Source: a virus. Taken from it: 64,000 nt of DNA. A program made the translations under genes and the position numbers. The stretch spans positions 32,001-96,000 of the IMG/VR virus record IMGVR_UViG_3300018080_000112. One strand, given 5' to 3'. Every line of letters begins with the position of its first letter. Positions within the stretch are counted from its first letter, which is position 1. Below, piece by piece: positions 45,980 through 56,542 of the stretch. Under the pieces are notes generated by a model that searched no databases, was not told the DNA's origin, and saw only the letters and a list, made by a program, of their open reading frames with translations.

Positions 45980-48461
45980 GATTTGTTCTCCGAATTAGAT
46001 CAGGTGAGTGTGGTAGCAAGAAAGGATAGAGACCGTTGTTAGAGCGCTTCCGGCTCTTGATACAGGAACCAGTTAGCGGTGATACCACGCTCCTTTTGTT
46101 CCTTTGTTGGAGGGGGGCTTGTCAGTACATACCAGCCGGTCATGTTGCGACCTACGCCAGTTTTCCACGCCTTTGCTCTGTGGATTGCCTTGGCGATATC
46201 CTCTATATCACCGGTTGCTTTGTACCATTCATCTTGTTTCCGCAAGTTGTTGACCAACTCCGGGTCCGCTGGAAAGAGTTGCAGGGGGTAATCGATCCCT
46301 TTGACCTCCAGGAAGAGACCAAACTGAGAATCATCCCCAGAAGAGACCATGGACTTCTCTTTTTCATCGATCTGAGCGGGTTCTGTGGTGGAAGACAAGA
46401 GGATTGGCGAGAACTCCATCTCTTTGTTCGGGTCAATCTCTTCCTCCATCAGAAGCGTACAAGAGGGACACCTGATGTAGTTCGGATCGTCCTTGTCTTG
46501 TGCGCCGCCGATCTTTGCAGCGTTGAGACCCAACATTTGACACCGGGCGTTGAACTCAATACAGCACGGGGGACGTTGTTGTTCAATCCCGCTATAGACC
46601 GCTTGAAAGACCACATAACGCGGGTCAGATAAGACGCCAAGAACATCAATTTGCATCTCTTGAAGCTCTTCCATGGTCTTGTTTGCAAGTTCGTCAAGCA
46701 TCGCTTTCTTCTGTTCTTTGGTGAGAATCTTCGAGGTATCTGGAACCTCTTGTGCTTCCGCTTCTGCGGGGGGTGCAGGTTCTGGATCATCATCCCCTTC
46801 CGCCAGCTTTGCAATCTCGGGGCTGAAAATGGTGTTCCAAATCTTGTTGACTTCTTCGTTCTCACCGCCGACTTCGTCAATGAGGAAATCAGCCAGTTCT
46901 TGCAGCATAAGTTTCCCGGTTTCCGGTGCGGCGAAACTAACAGATTGCCAGATCTTGTTCAACTGTTTCGCTGCATCTTTCGGGACATGTTCAGATGCTT
47001 TCTCGCAAAACTCTGCAATCTTCTCCAGCAAGGTCGGCTTGTTCTCTGGTAGTTCGCCACGGGTCACCGTCATGCTCGACATCTTCGGGATCTCATCTTC
47101 CTCAAAAGACTCCTCCAGATATTCGATCTTCAATTCTTCACCAGGGTCTGAACCGACCTTATCCAGCGTAACGCCGTCCTCTCGTGCGTGACCTTCTGCA
47201 ACCAGCCGCTGGACCTCTTTCGCCTGTTTTGCAAGATCTTCGGGGGAGTCGCCCACAAAGAAATTGGCGGAGTCTTCATACTCTTGTTGTAACCGCGCTT
47301 CTGTTGCAGCGCTCTCCTTCTGTGCGTCCTTCACAACCTGGTTGTCTTTGGGGCGCAAAAAGATATCCGCCGGGATCTCCGTCTCTTGCTTCACCGGCTC
47401 TTCAGGCATAAAACCACCGCCGTACACTGGAACAGGCTTTTCTTTCTCTGGGGGCGGAACTTCATCACTTTTCAGTGCTGTTTTGAGCTTTTCATGTTCC
47501 GGGGTGGTCTCTTCTTTGGGCTTGATCTTCGATGGGATCTCAGACGGCGTCATGGTGTGGAATTGCGTATCGCTTGCGCCGCGTTCATCCACAATCCCGC
47601 CGTGATTGTTTAACCAGCGAATGAGGTCATTCATGTCCTTGTCAGAGGTAGAACCGAGCATAATCATCCACGGCTCGCTGGTTCCAATCCTGTTCATCCC
47701 CAACAAGGAAAGGGTGGATTTCCCTTGCTCCACAAACTTCAACTCTGGGGGTCCTTTTTTCTTCTTCATCTCTCTGTGTTCTCCTTCTGTGTTCGCCGTG
47801 TTATCGGCTCGCTTATTGATGCATCTTCGCAAGCTCTTCGTATGTTCTTTCGATCAGTTCCACGAGATAAGCCACCGCTTCCTTGAAGTAATCCTGTCCA
47901 AATATCATGGGGAGTTCTTGTGTGTCTGGTAACACATACCACGGGTGTACATGGAAACAGTAATCGGCGGGGGCTAATCGAGGGACATCAACTCTGTGCA
48001 GTCGCCGATCTGGTACAATCTCGACACTCCCGATTGGCAACATTCCGCCGTCTTCTTGCTTCGGATTTGTCCAGTACACAAGGAAAGAACTGGCGCAGTT
48101 CCCCATGTAGACTATGACTGCATTCAGTTCTTCTCCGAAGTATTGCCCCAATTTCAGTGACCCCTGGACCGCTTGTTGAAGGTAATGATCATCTGTGGAT
48201 TGACCAGCCATAGGCTCGATTTCAGGAGCCGTTGTTTCACCGTCCGCAACTACTTTGTTCCATTTTTCCTTGAACACATCTAGTTGTTCTGGTGTTAGGT
48301 CTCCTTTTACATTCAACATCCCCTTGACTGTCCCGTCCTCTTTCTTTTCCATTCTATCCTCTCCATGTTCAAAGCTATCGAAAATTGTTCTTTACGCCAT
48401 AACCATGTTTATAGAGACACACCTTTTGTCAAAAGCGTACCGTTTCACAATAAAAAAGTTT

Positions 48462-48652
48462 TCAAGGTTGTTGACTAGGGGTGGTTCAAGACTGTTGACT
48501 AGTGTGACTTACAAGGTCAAGGCTATTGACCGAGTCAGAATCTAAGTTCAAGGCTGTTGATATCGGTCGGATACGGTTTCAAGGCTGTTGATATCGAGCC
48601 GCATACAGGTCAAGACTGTTAACAAAATGCGGATTGGGTTCGTAGCTGTTGA
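48462..48652 (+). repeat. Phased TCAAGGCTGTTGA box array E (7 units)
   Basis: Boxes at 48462, 48486, 48517, 48548, 48579, 48610 and 48640. Further pairs at 49166/49197 and 51181/51214. Confidence 0.85.
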
Positions 48653-48667
48653 CCTTCTCGAAAAGAG

Positions 48668-49153
48668 TCACGGTTTCGCCATTATCTTTTTGATCTTACG
48701 CATAAGGACAGGTGTCTTCATGCGCATGGGGCGTCTCTTCCGGGCTGGTGGAAAAGGCATGTTTTTGACTACCTTGTTTGCGAATCGTTTATCCGGTAGA
48801 CCTGCGGCGGATTTGTTTGCTTCAGCAAAGAGGCGAAACAACCGCATTGTCTTCTCTTCAGAACTGACCTTGTGGTACTTTTCAATAAGAGATTTTATCT
48901 TGTCGTAGTTCTTTCCATAAACGCGCATCCCCAACAAATCAACCTTTTGGTCAATGGCAATCATCTGGTTCTGTTGTGACCGCAACAAACGGAATGCTGC
49001 AACTGACATTTTGTGTTGCTTCTTCATGTTGTCAGAGACTACTTTCACGTAATATCCGACCATTGTGACAACCAGGAAACCGATAATACTGAAAGCTGTT
49101 GTTGCCCAAAACTTCCAGGACGGACCTCGTTTTGTGGTCTCTTCATCGCTCAT
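48668..49153 (-). CDS. Single-pass membrane protein with a basic C-terminus
   Basis: Hydrophobic 'FWATTAFSIIGFLVVTMVGYYV' near the N-terminus. Confidence 0.5.
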   Translation of the reverse strand: MSDEETTKRGPSWKFWATTAFSIIGFLVVTMVGYYVKVVSDNMKKQHKMSVAAFRLLRSQQNQMIAIDQKVDLLGMRVYGKNYDKIKSLIEKYHKVSSEEKTMRLFRLFAEANKSAAGLPDKRFANKVVKNMPFPPARKRRPMRMKTPVLMRKIKKIMAKP

Positions 49154-49224
49154 CTTGTTCTCCTTTCAAGGCTATTAATATAATACGCATCACATTTCAA
49201 AACTGTTGACTGGATCGCCTAAAG

Positions 49225-50592
49225 TTACCCGATAAAGAACTTGATCAACGATTCTACATTGACGCCGAACTGATTGCCAAGGGACTGCGCCAGCCGGAAC
49301 ACGACACCCTTTCCGATTCCTTTGCCGACCGCCGCCGCCAACTTTATCGCGATCTGCATCTTGCTCATGCCATGCAGAACAGGCATCACTTCAGTTTGTT
49401 CCAGCGCCTCCATCTCTTCCATGACCTCTGGGGTCTGTTCCTTGTTCTCAAGCTCGTCAAGGCGCTTCAAGACCTGTTCAAAGCTCATGTTAAGCGTGGC
49501 GGTCTGTTGCGCGTTCTCGGCAAGCTCTTGTTGAAGCGCTTCGTTCTCCGCCTTCATGCGCCGAAGTTGTTCCTCTTGTTCCTCTCTCTCCTTCTCCTTC
49601 TTTGCCTGTTCTTGCTCCTCCTGGTAGTTTTGCAGAACATGAAGATACTCTGATAACGGTATCCGCGACAACTTACGATAGTCGATTTCTTCCAGCGGAT
49701 AATTTAAGTTGTCTGGACTCACTTCATCCACAAGGTCAACCGAAGGGGGAATATCAGCGCAAACCTTCCAGTCTACACGAACAATGACCGCACCCGGCTC
49801 CTGGTCTTGTAAGACAACGCCGTACCAGTCCGGGAAATGAAGCGGCGAATAAACGGGATCTCCAACCTTGAAATCCTCATTTTTCACCTTGTTGTGTTCT
49901 TCTAAGAGAGACAAATACTCTGTTAAGGGGACACGTTCAAGCTGGTTCGAATCAATGTATATAAGCGGATATGCTGCAGACTCGATAATTTTCCAATCCA
50001 CGTTCACAAAGGTGTCATATTCGGCTTGATCGTCCTGTATAACGCCGTAACTTCCGGGATAGTAGTTGGGAGAACAAACAGGATCTCCCTTTTTGTAGGG
50101 GGTATTCTCTGGCGTGCCGTTCTTCTGCATCGCGATAACAAATTCGTGAAGCGGCGCTCTTTCCAGGTTATAAGTTTGTTCGCAATCCGAAGGGTAATAA
50201 AGAGGATCTTTTGCACACCAGTCAATGGTCACATTAAACTGGTCTTGCATCATCGTGACCACACCCATGCTGGTTCCGTAGGATGTGAACTTATGGCGGA
50301 CCACGTCACCGACAGAGAGGTTTTGACCTTCTGTCTTTTCATACCTCTCTTGTTCCTTTTGCTGTTCTAGTCGCTCTTGTTGCTGTTCCAGGTCTCGGAT
50401 CTTCAAGAGCACTTCATCAGAGACCACATCTTTCAGCGCGTTTAGTTGCGCCACGACTTCCGCCGTTTTGTCTACTGATCCGGTCACCTCGTGTTTTTGG
50501 CTATCAGAAGCAACCAAGTCTACGTATTCTTGTCCTGTTAGGTGTCCATCTTTGTCATATGTGTATGCTTTTGTTGTTGCCATGTTCTTCAT
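49225..50592 (-). CDS. Protein with three tandem KOW/SH3-like repeats and coiled coils
   Basis: 'LSVGDVVRH..MGVV..IDW..LER', 'YKKGDPVCSP..YGVI..VDW..LER' and 'FKVGDPVYSP..YGVV..VDW..LSR'. Confidence 0.6.
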   Translation of the reverse strand: MKNMATTKAYTYDKDGHLTGQEYVDLVASDSQKHEVTGSVDKTAEVVAQLNALKDVVSDEVLLKIRDLEQQQERLEQQKEQERYEKTEGQNLSVGDVVRHKFTSYGTSMGVVTMMQDQFNVTIDWCAKDPLYYPSDCEQTYNLERAPLHEFVIAMQKNGTPENTPYKKGDPVCSPNYYPGSYGVIQDDQAEYDTFVNVDWKIIESAAYPLIYIDSNQLERVPLTEYLSLLEEHNKVKNEDFKVGDPVYSPLHFPDWYGVVLQDQEPGAVIVRVDWKVCADIPPSVDLVDEVSPDNLNYPLEEIDYRKLSRIPLSEYLHVLQNYQEEQEQAKKEKEREEQEEQLRRMKAENEALQQELAENAQQTATLNMSFEQVLKRLDELENKEQTPEVMEEMEALEQTEVMPVLHGMSKMQIAIKLAAAVGKGIGKGVVFRLAQSLGNQFGVNVESLIKFFIG

Positions 50593-51469
50593 CTCCCCTG
50601 ATGAATAAAACCGGTCAATATTGTAACGGCGCTCCTCTTGTGCGCCTTTTAATCAGTCAACACCATCTCTGACCTTGTTCGCCTCAAGGAACGCCTTCAC
50701 GTCTTCCGGATTGGCTCTGGCGCGGTCTCGCATGGTCTCGAACTCATGATCTGTCATAAGCAACACTTCTTCTTCCCCGGTGCTGGTGTCTTTGATCGCC
50801 TTTCCATCATGTTCTACTTGCACCACGAGATAGTTCTGATCGGACCCAAAACGGCGCTCTTTGTTATCGATACGCATCACACGACCCAAAAGACCCAACG
50901 ACTGACCCATAAAATTCCAAAAACCCATTGTCTTGATCCTTTCGGCTGTTCAGGTTATTTTTGTTCCTTTTCCATGGTGATTCTTGCAGATCGTTTGTTC
51001 TCTCCAGGAACAACTTCGCGAATTGTGCGCTCCACTTCCTTCTCCTGGATGTAATTCAAGCCACACCCAAGCTCGATACCGACCACACTGAAAAAATCCT
51101 TCAGGTCTTCACGAGAAGAACCGTCCGGAACATCGATCTCACCGTATATTCTGACCTTCATAACAACTCCTTTTGTTGTTTCAAGACTGTTAACTGATGC
51201 TCGTTTCTGGGGTGCAAGGCTGTTGAAGATTGTTGTCTCCTGACACCCGGAAAAGGTTAGGACCTAACTATCAGCACGCGAGCATGAAAACAAACAGCGT
51301 TACCTATTAGAGACACATTTTTATCCGAAAACGAACCGTTTTCCAGTGAAATAAAACCACCTTTTGACAACTACGACCTGAAACCCCAACAAAATCAAGG
51401 AAAAAGGTCCGCTCACAAAAGAGTAACCAGAAGCACCCCATAAAAAGCACCAAGAAATCAAACACAAAT

Positions 51470-51499
51470 GGTTGCATTTCTACATTTTTCTTGTCTCTA
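51470..51499 (+). promoter_or_regulatory. Same bipartite promoter motif on the + strand upstream of nrdJ
   Basis: GGTTGC-N16-TGTCTCTA; the orientation follows the only + strand gene. Confidence 0.7.
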
Positions 51500-51647
51500 T
51501 TAAAGAAAGCATCTAAAATGTAAGACCACCTCGCACAGTGGGCGGTAGCGTCTACCGAACAGACGACAGACCGAATACAGACCGATGATAGGGGATACAA
51601 GATAGGACAGTTTTTTTCGCCTCAAAACCATAGGAGAAGAACGTTCA

Positions 51648-53528
51648 ATGACAACACACACCAACCTTTCAACCCAAACCATGGCGCGGCTCATCCATCA
51701 CATGAAGTACGCCAAATACCTACCAGACCAGCAAAGAAGGGAAGAGTACAAAGAAACCGTTAGCCGGAACTTGATGATGCATGTCAAGAAATTTCCCCGG
51801 CTCGCACAAGAGATCTCAGAGGCTTACAAGTACGTTTTTGACCGAAAAGTACTCCCCGCGATGCGATCAATGCAGTTTGCAGGGGAAGCAATCGAGCGCA
51901 ACAACTGCAGGCTGTACAACTGTTCTTTTACCCACATCGACCATCCAGACGTGTTTCAAGAGATTATGTTCCTCTTGTTGTCTGGTTGCGGCGTTGGGTA
52001 CAGCGTGCAACAACAACACGTGGCGAAGCTTCCAAAGATACAAAAGCCAGACGAACCCTTCACGTACAAAGTACCTGATTCAATCGAGGGATGGTCCCTT
52101 GCTGTGGGGAAGTTGATCGATGCTTTTTTGCGGGGTAAGCGCTTTCCAATCTTCGATTTTAGCGGAGTCAGACCAGCCGGATCACCAATCGTTACCAGCG
52201 GGGGGATCGCGCCTGGTCCTGGTCCTTTAAGCACTGCGCTTGTTGAGATACAGAACATACTGGTGAACAAGGCTCCTGGTTCGAAATTATCAACACTGGA
52301 GTGTCACGACATTCTTTGTCACCTTGCGCACGCCGTTCTCTCTGGCGGTGTCCGTCGTTCCTCTTATATCGCCCTTTTCAGCATTGACGACAAAGAGATG
52401 TTGGAGTGTAAGAGCGGCGAATGGTGGAAAGACAACCTCCAGCGCTCGCTTGCAAACAACTCCGCCGTGGTCTTGCGCAGTGAACTCCACGACCGAAGAG
52501 ATCAAGTCAATGCAATCTGGGATCTCTTGGAAAACTCCCTAAGCGGCGAACCGAACATTTTCTTGACGAATGATCTTGATTGGGGTTGCAACCCTTGTGG
52601 TGAAATTGGCGGACCTAGCAACTTCTTTTGCAACCTGGATGAGATCAACGCGAGCAACGTCAAGAACCAGACAGACCTCGACCAGCGAGCGCTGATTGCT
52701 TCAAGGCTGGCGACCATTCAAGGCACATACACAGACTTCCCCTTCCTTCGCCCCATCTGGAAAGAAAGAGCCGAGCAAGCGGGTCTTATTGGCGTGGGAA
52801 TGACCGGTATTTCTCGCGGGAACATTTTGGGTCTCAACCTCAAACGCGCCGCAAAAATTGTGCTGGCTGAAAATAAGCGTCTGGCGAAGCTTCTCGGCAT
52901 TACAAAAGCGGAACGGTCCACAACCATTAAGCCATCTGGAACGTCCTCTCTTGCCCTCTCAAATGGTCTTGTCGTGTCTTCTGGCATCCACCCCTACCAC
53001 AGTCCCTTCTGGAAACGACGGATCACCGTCACACACACCGAACCAGTCTACCAATATTTGATGAATGAACACCCCTGGCTTGTTGAGCCGTCCGCGTATC
53101 GACCAGAGAGGGAATCTGTGATTACTCTCCCGCAAGCCGCGCCAGATGGTGCAATCATGCGTGATGAGGGAGCCATGGCTCTTTTAGAGCGCGTCAAGTA
53201 CTTCTATGACAACTGGATCTCCCCCGGTCACGTCACCGGAAAGAACACAAACAACATAAGCTGTACCGTATCTGTCAAAAAACATGAATGGCAAATGGTT
53301 CGGGATTGGTGGTGGAACAACACAGACTCTTTTGTGTCTCTCACCTTCATGAACTATGACGGCGGTGTCTACAAGCAAATGCCAATGGAAGAATGCAGCG
53401 AGAAAGAGTACAAGCGACTCGTCAAACAACTCCGACCCATGGATTTAAGAAGTGTGGTAGAGGAAAAGGATACAACGACAAGATCTCAAACTGTGGCTTG
53501 TGCTGGCGGTGCTTGCGAGCTAGTCTAA
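51648..53528 (+). CDS. nrdJ: Class II (adenosylcobalamin-dependent) ribonucleotide reductase
   Basis: 'LYNCSF', 'GCGVGYS', 'GGVRRSS', 'NPCGEI', 'FCNL', 'TTIKPSGT' and C-terminal 'CAGGACEL'. No beta subunit seen. Confidence 0.92.
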   Translation: MTTHTNLSTQTMARLIHHMKYAKYLPDQQRREEYKETVSRNLMMHVKKFPRLAQEISEAYKYVFDRKVLPAMRSMQFAGEAIERNNCRLYNCSFTHIDHPDVFQEIMFLLLSGCGVGYSVQQQHVAKLPKIQKPDEPFTYKVPDSIEGWSLAVGKLIDAFLRGKRFPIFDFSGVRPAGSPIVTSGGIAPGPGPLSTALVEIQNILVNKAPGSKLSTLECHDILCHLAHAVLSGGVRRSSYIALFSIDDKEMLECKSGEWWKDNLQRSLANNSAVVLRSELHDRRDQVNAIWDLLENSLSGEPNIFLTNDLDWGCNPCGEIGGPSNFFCNLDEINASNVKNQTDLDQRALIASRLATIQGTYTDFPFLRPIWKERAEQAGLIGVGMTGISRGNILGLNLKRAAKIVLAENKRLAKLLGITKAERSTTIKPSGTSSLALSNGLVVSSGIHPYHSPFWKRRITVTHTEPVYQYLMNEHPWLVEPSAYRPERESVITLPQAAPDGAIMRDEGAMALLERVKYFYDNWISPGHVTGKNTNNISCTVSVKKHEWQMVRDWWWNNTDSFVSLTFMNYDGGVYKQMPMEECSEKEYKRLVKQLRPMDLRSVVEEKDTTTRSQTVACAGGACELV

Positions 53529-56500
53529 CCCTTCTTACTTCCGAATCTCCCCTTCATATACTCTTCATACGGAACAGAACCAACTTGCTCTTCTATCTCT
53601 TGTCTCTTTGCTGATTCTATCGCCGCCTTGTGGGATGCCTTTGACCGCTCCACCGGACTCATAGACTCTTCCGCCGCAATCTGTTCTCTCCTCTTTGCCT
53701 GATACTCTTCGACCTCTTTTTGTGTAATATCAGAGAGACTCTTCAACGTGATACCAGTCGATACACTAGCGGGAATCCCAATACCTGTTCCGCTCAAAAT
53801 AGCGCTCAAACCTGATAGGAATCCCTCTATATCACCTGTCCACGTCGTTTTCCCCCGCAGTGGTGAGAGAATACCATCCAGGAAAACACGCAAACGAGAG
53901 GTTGGCTCAAGATCCGCACTCGGTAGCCGTTCCCTCACTTTCGTCATGATCTGTTCGTAAATGTCTGGCTCTTCCTCTGGCTCTTCCCGTTCAGAGAAAC
54001 CTTCTCCCTTCGTTGTCTCTGTCGGTGGTGGAAACGTACCTTCTGAGACAAACGCGCCACCCGCTGCGCTGAGTTCTTGACTGGCTGTAGAAAACGGCAC
54101 TTCTTCTTTCACCATGCTTGTGCTCGTTCGCTCTACTTGTATCCGACAATCAATCCCAAATTCACTCATAAACATTCGAGGTAGCTCACCAGACACCACA
54201 AAGTGACTCACAATCTTAAAGGACCGCCTTGAATAGGTGTTCGCACAAGTAAACCCAAGGCGAAGTTTCTGGGGTGCTACTTCCTCAACAATAGCGTATG
54301 TAAGAGCGTTCCCAAGCTGTTCATTTCTGATCTGAACACGAGAAACAATGTTGCTCCAGTCATAACCCCACATCGTTGCTGTTTGACTCTCCAGATGAAC
54401 CCACGTCGGCGGTACTTGCAGCGTTGTAGGGTCCGGCTCCTCGATTGTCTCCGCCGGTACTACAACAACGGGAACAGGCTCCTTTGTACCCGTCTTTTTG
54501 ATCACAGACTCCCGCAACAAAAACGCATTAGTTGAACACGCCTCCAACCGTGGTGAGTTTTCCAGTTCAGGACACGCCTGAACATCCTTGATGATATCGT
54601 CACAGATCTCCACCGTTCGCTCTTGACTCACCGCCTGGATGCACTGCGCCGCATTTAAGAGACACTCTTGCTGTTGGATGATGGTATCGTTGAGACGGTG
54701 CATTCGAGCCGCTTCAATGTAACAAGCATACGCCATCACCTGGTTACACTCGTCACGGTACTTCTTACCAAAATTCGACAGATGGATTCCCATCATAAAC
54801 GGGTCAAGCTGAGCGCGTAACTGGTCTGTAATCACTTTCGCCTTTAGGTCAGACACAAGACCGGAAACGGATTGCTCTTCTCGGATATATGGTTTCTTGA
54901 GACCCCAAAGGTCATTCTCCAGCGTCTTGAGAACATCTTGAACCACAAACGACTCCGTCTCTTGTCGTTCTCGCAACTTCTTTGTCCAGTCCTCCAGCGG
55001 TTCACTCCAGGCTTGTTCTTCCTGGTCTTGTTCAAGCTGAATGATCCAATCCCGCAACCGCACCCGTTCCTGCAATAGGTCACGAAAACACTGCGAAACG
55101 CCCGTAAAAGCTTGCCCTATGAACACCCGCTGAAGAGAGATGATACCAGCCCCTACAAGCTTCACCTCCATCGAATGTTCTGCACCCGATGATTTCACCG
55201 TCACAGACTGCGCCGTTACTTGTTCCAGTCCCGAGAGGATCTTTGCTGTTCTCGCTTCTGTCTTTGATAGTTTCTTTGTGTCCAGCGGCACAGCTTTCTC
55301 AGACCAGATCGGCGGGACCTCTTTCGGGATCTCTTTCGGCTCTTCTTTCTTTAGTGGTTCCTTAGCTAACTCCGCTCTGTTTCGGTCCCTTATCAGCCGC
55401 TTGAACGCCTCCAATGTTTTCGCATCTTTGGGAACATTAGAGAACAACACCCGAAAAATCTCGGTTTCATCTGGCGTCATTTCAACGTAGCCGTCTTCTG
55501 TTGGGAAAGAGACCGAGAAAGGTTTTGGCTCCTCCACTACAGGACTCGCTTCGAAGGGGATCTTCCCCACTCCGCCGCATGTCTTACATTGTTCCTCGCC
55601 AAACAAAGAATAACCTCTCCCTTGACAGTCGTGACAAGGAACCAGCGGCTCTTCTTTGACTGGTTCTCTTTCCTTCCAGCCCTCGCCATCACAAGAGTTA
55701 CAATCGATCCCCATATCATCTGTACCGACTCCGTCACACCAGGAACAAAGCACGACGTTTGGTTTTGTAGGTATGACACCATAGCCGCGACACCGCGAAC
55801 ATGTGATGTGTACGCCTACTTCGGTTGTTTCCCCGTTACCCGCGCAAATAGGACACTCTTTGGTCAACCCTTCTTCTGGTTCTTCTTCCACGTAATGCCA
55901 GCCCATTCCGTCACAATCTGGGCACTTATAAGGACTCCCCGCATAACTTGTTTCACCCGTCCCCTTGCACCGAACACACCACTCTGTTTCTCTTTTTGTT
56001 ATCTCTGGCTCTTCTTTTGCTGCAAAAGGAGAGAAGACAGTTCCTTCTCCCTGGCAAGAAGGACAAACACCAGTAACAGCGCCGCGCTTCTCCACGACTC
56101 TACCAAACCCTTGGCAGTACTCGCACTCTTCCACATACCACCACCCCAAACCGCCACATGTTGAACACTCTTCTGTGTATGTTTTTGCGCTCTGTACGTG
56201 ACCAATCCCATCACAATCAGGACACTCTTTCTTCCGCTTTCCGTACTTCTCTGCATCCACAGAGCCAGTTCCCAAGCAACCATTACAATCAATCTCGTGA
56301 CCAGAGACGGACAAAACACCCGTACCACCACAATCTGGACAATCCTTCTGTGCTTTCTTCTCTGGTTCTCTCGCCTTTACCTTTTTGGGGTACTTCACTT
56401 CCTTGGTGCGCGTCCCTTTCCCCAAACACGGGACACAAAAGAGCGAACTATCATGCGCCGCTCTTCCAGTCCCTTTACAAGCGGAACACTCCACGGATTC

Positions 56501-56542
56501 AAAAACAGGCTGTTTTCTCTTTTCTATTCCTTTCCACGCCAT
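53525..56542 (-). CDS. 1005-aa protein with 16 DnaJ-type CxxCxGxG zinc-finger repeats
   Basis: Sixteen CxxCxGxG motifs counted in the N-terminal third; no HPD J-domain. Confidence 0.8.
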   Translation of the reverse strand: MAWKGIEKRKQPVFESVECSACKGTGRAAHDSSLFCVPCLGKGTRTKEVKYPKKVKAREPEKKAQKDCPDCGGTGVLSVSGHEIDCNGCLGTGSVDAEKYGKRKKECPDCDGIGHVQSAKTYTEECSTCGGLGWWYVEECEYCQGFGRVVEKRGAVTGVCPSCQGEGTVFSPFAAKEEPEITKRETEWCVRCKGTGETSYAGSPYKCPDCDGMGWHYVEEEPEEGLTKECPICAGNGETTEVGVHITCSRCRGYGVIPTKPNVVLCSWCDGVGTDDMGIDCNSCDGEGWKEREPVKEEPLVPCHDCQGRGYSLFGEEQCKTCGGVGKIPFEASPVVEEPKPFSVSFPTEDGYVEMTPDETEIFRVLFSNVPKDAKTLEAFKRLIRDRNRAELAKEPLKKEEPKEIPKEVPPIWSEKAVPLDTKKLSKTEARTAKILSGLEQVTAQSVTVKSSGAEHSMEVKLVGAGIISLQRVFIGQAFTGVSQCFRDLLQERVRLRDWIIQLEQDQEEQAWSEPLEDWTKKLRERQETESFVVQDVLKTLENDLWGLKKPYIREEQSVSGLVSDLKAKVITDQLRAQLDPFMMGIHLSNFGKKYRDECNQVMAYACYIEAARMHRLNDTIIQQQECLLNAAQCIQAVSQERTVEICDDIIKDVQACPELENSPRLEACSTNAFLLRESVIKKTGTKEPVPVVVVPAETIEEPDPTTLQVPPTWVHLESQTATMWGYDWSNIVSRVQIRNEQLGNALTYAIVEEVAPQKLRLGFTCANTYSRRSFKIVSHFVVSGELPRMFMSEFGIDCRIQVERTSTSMVKEEVPFSTASQELSAAGGAFVSEGTFPPPTETTKGEGFSEREEPEEEPDIYEQIMTKVRERLPSADLEPTSRLRVFLDGILSPLRGKTTWTGDIEGFLSGLSAILSGTGIGIPASVSTGITLKSLSDITQKEVEEYQAKRREQIAAEESMSPVERSKASHKAAIESAKRQEIEEQVGSVPYEEYMKGRFGSKKG

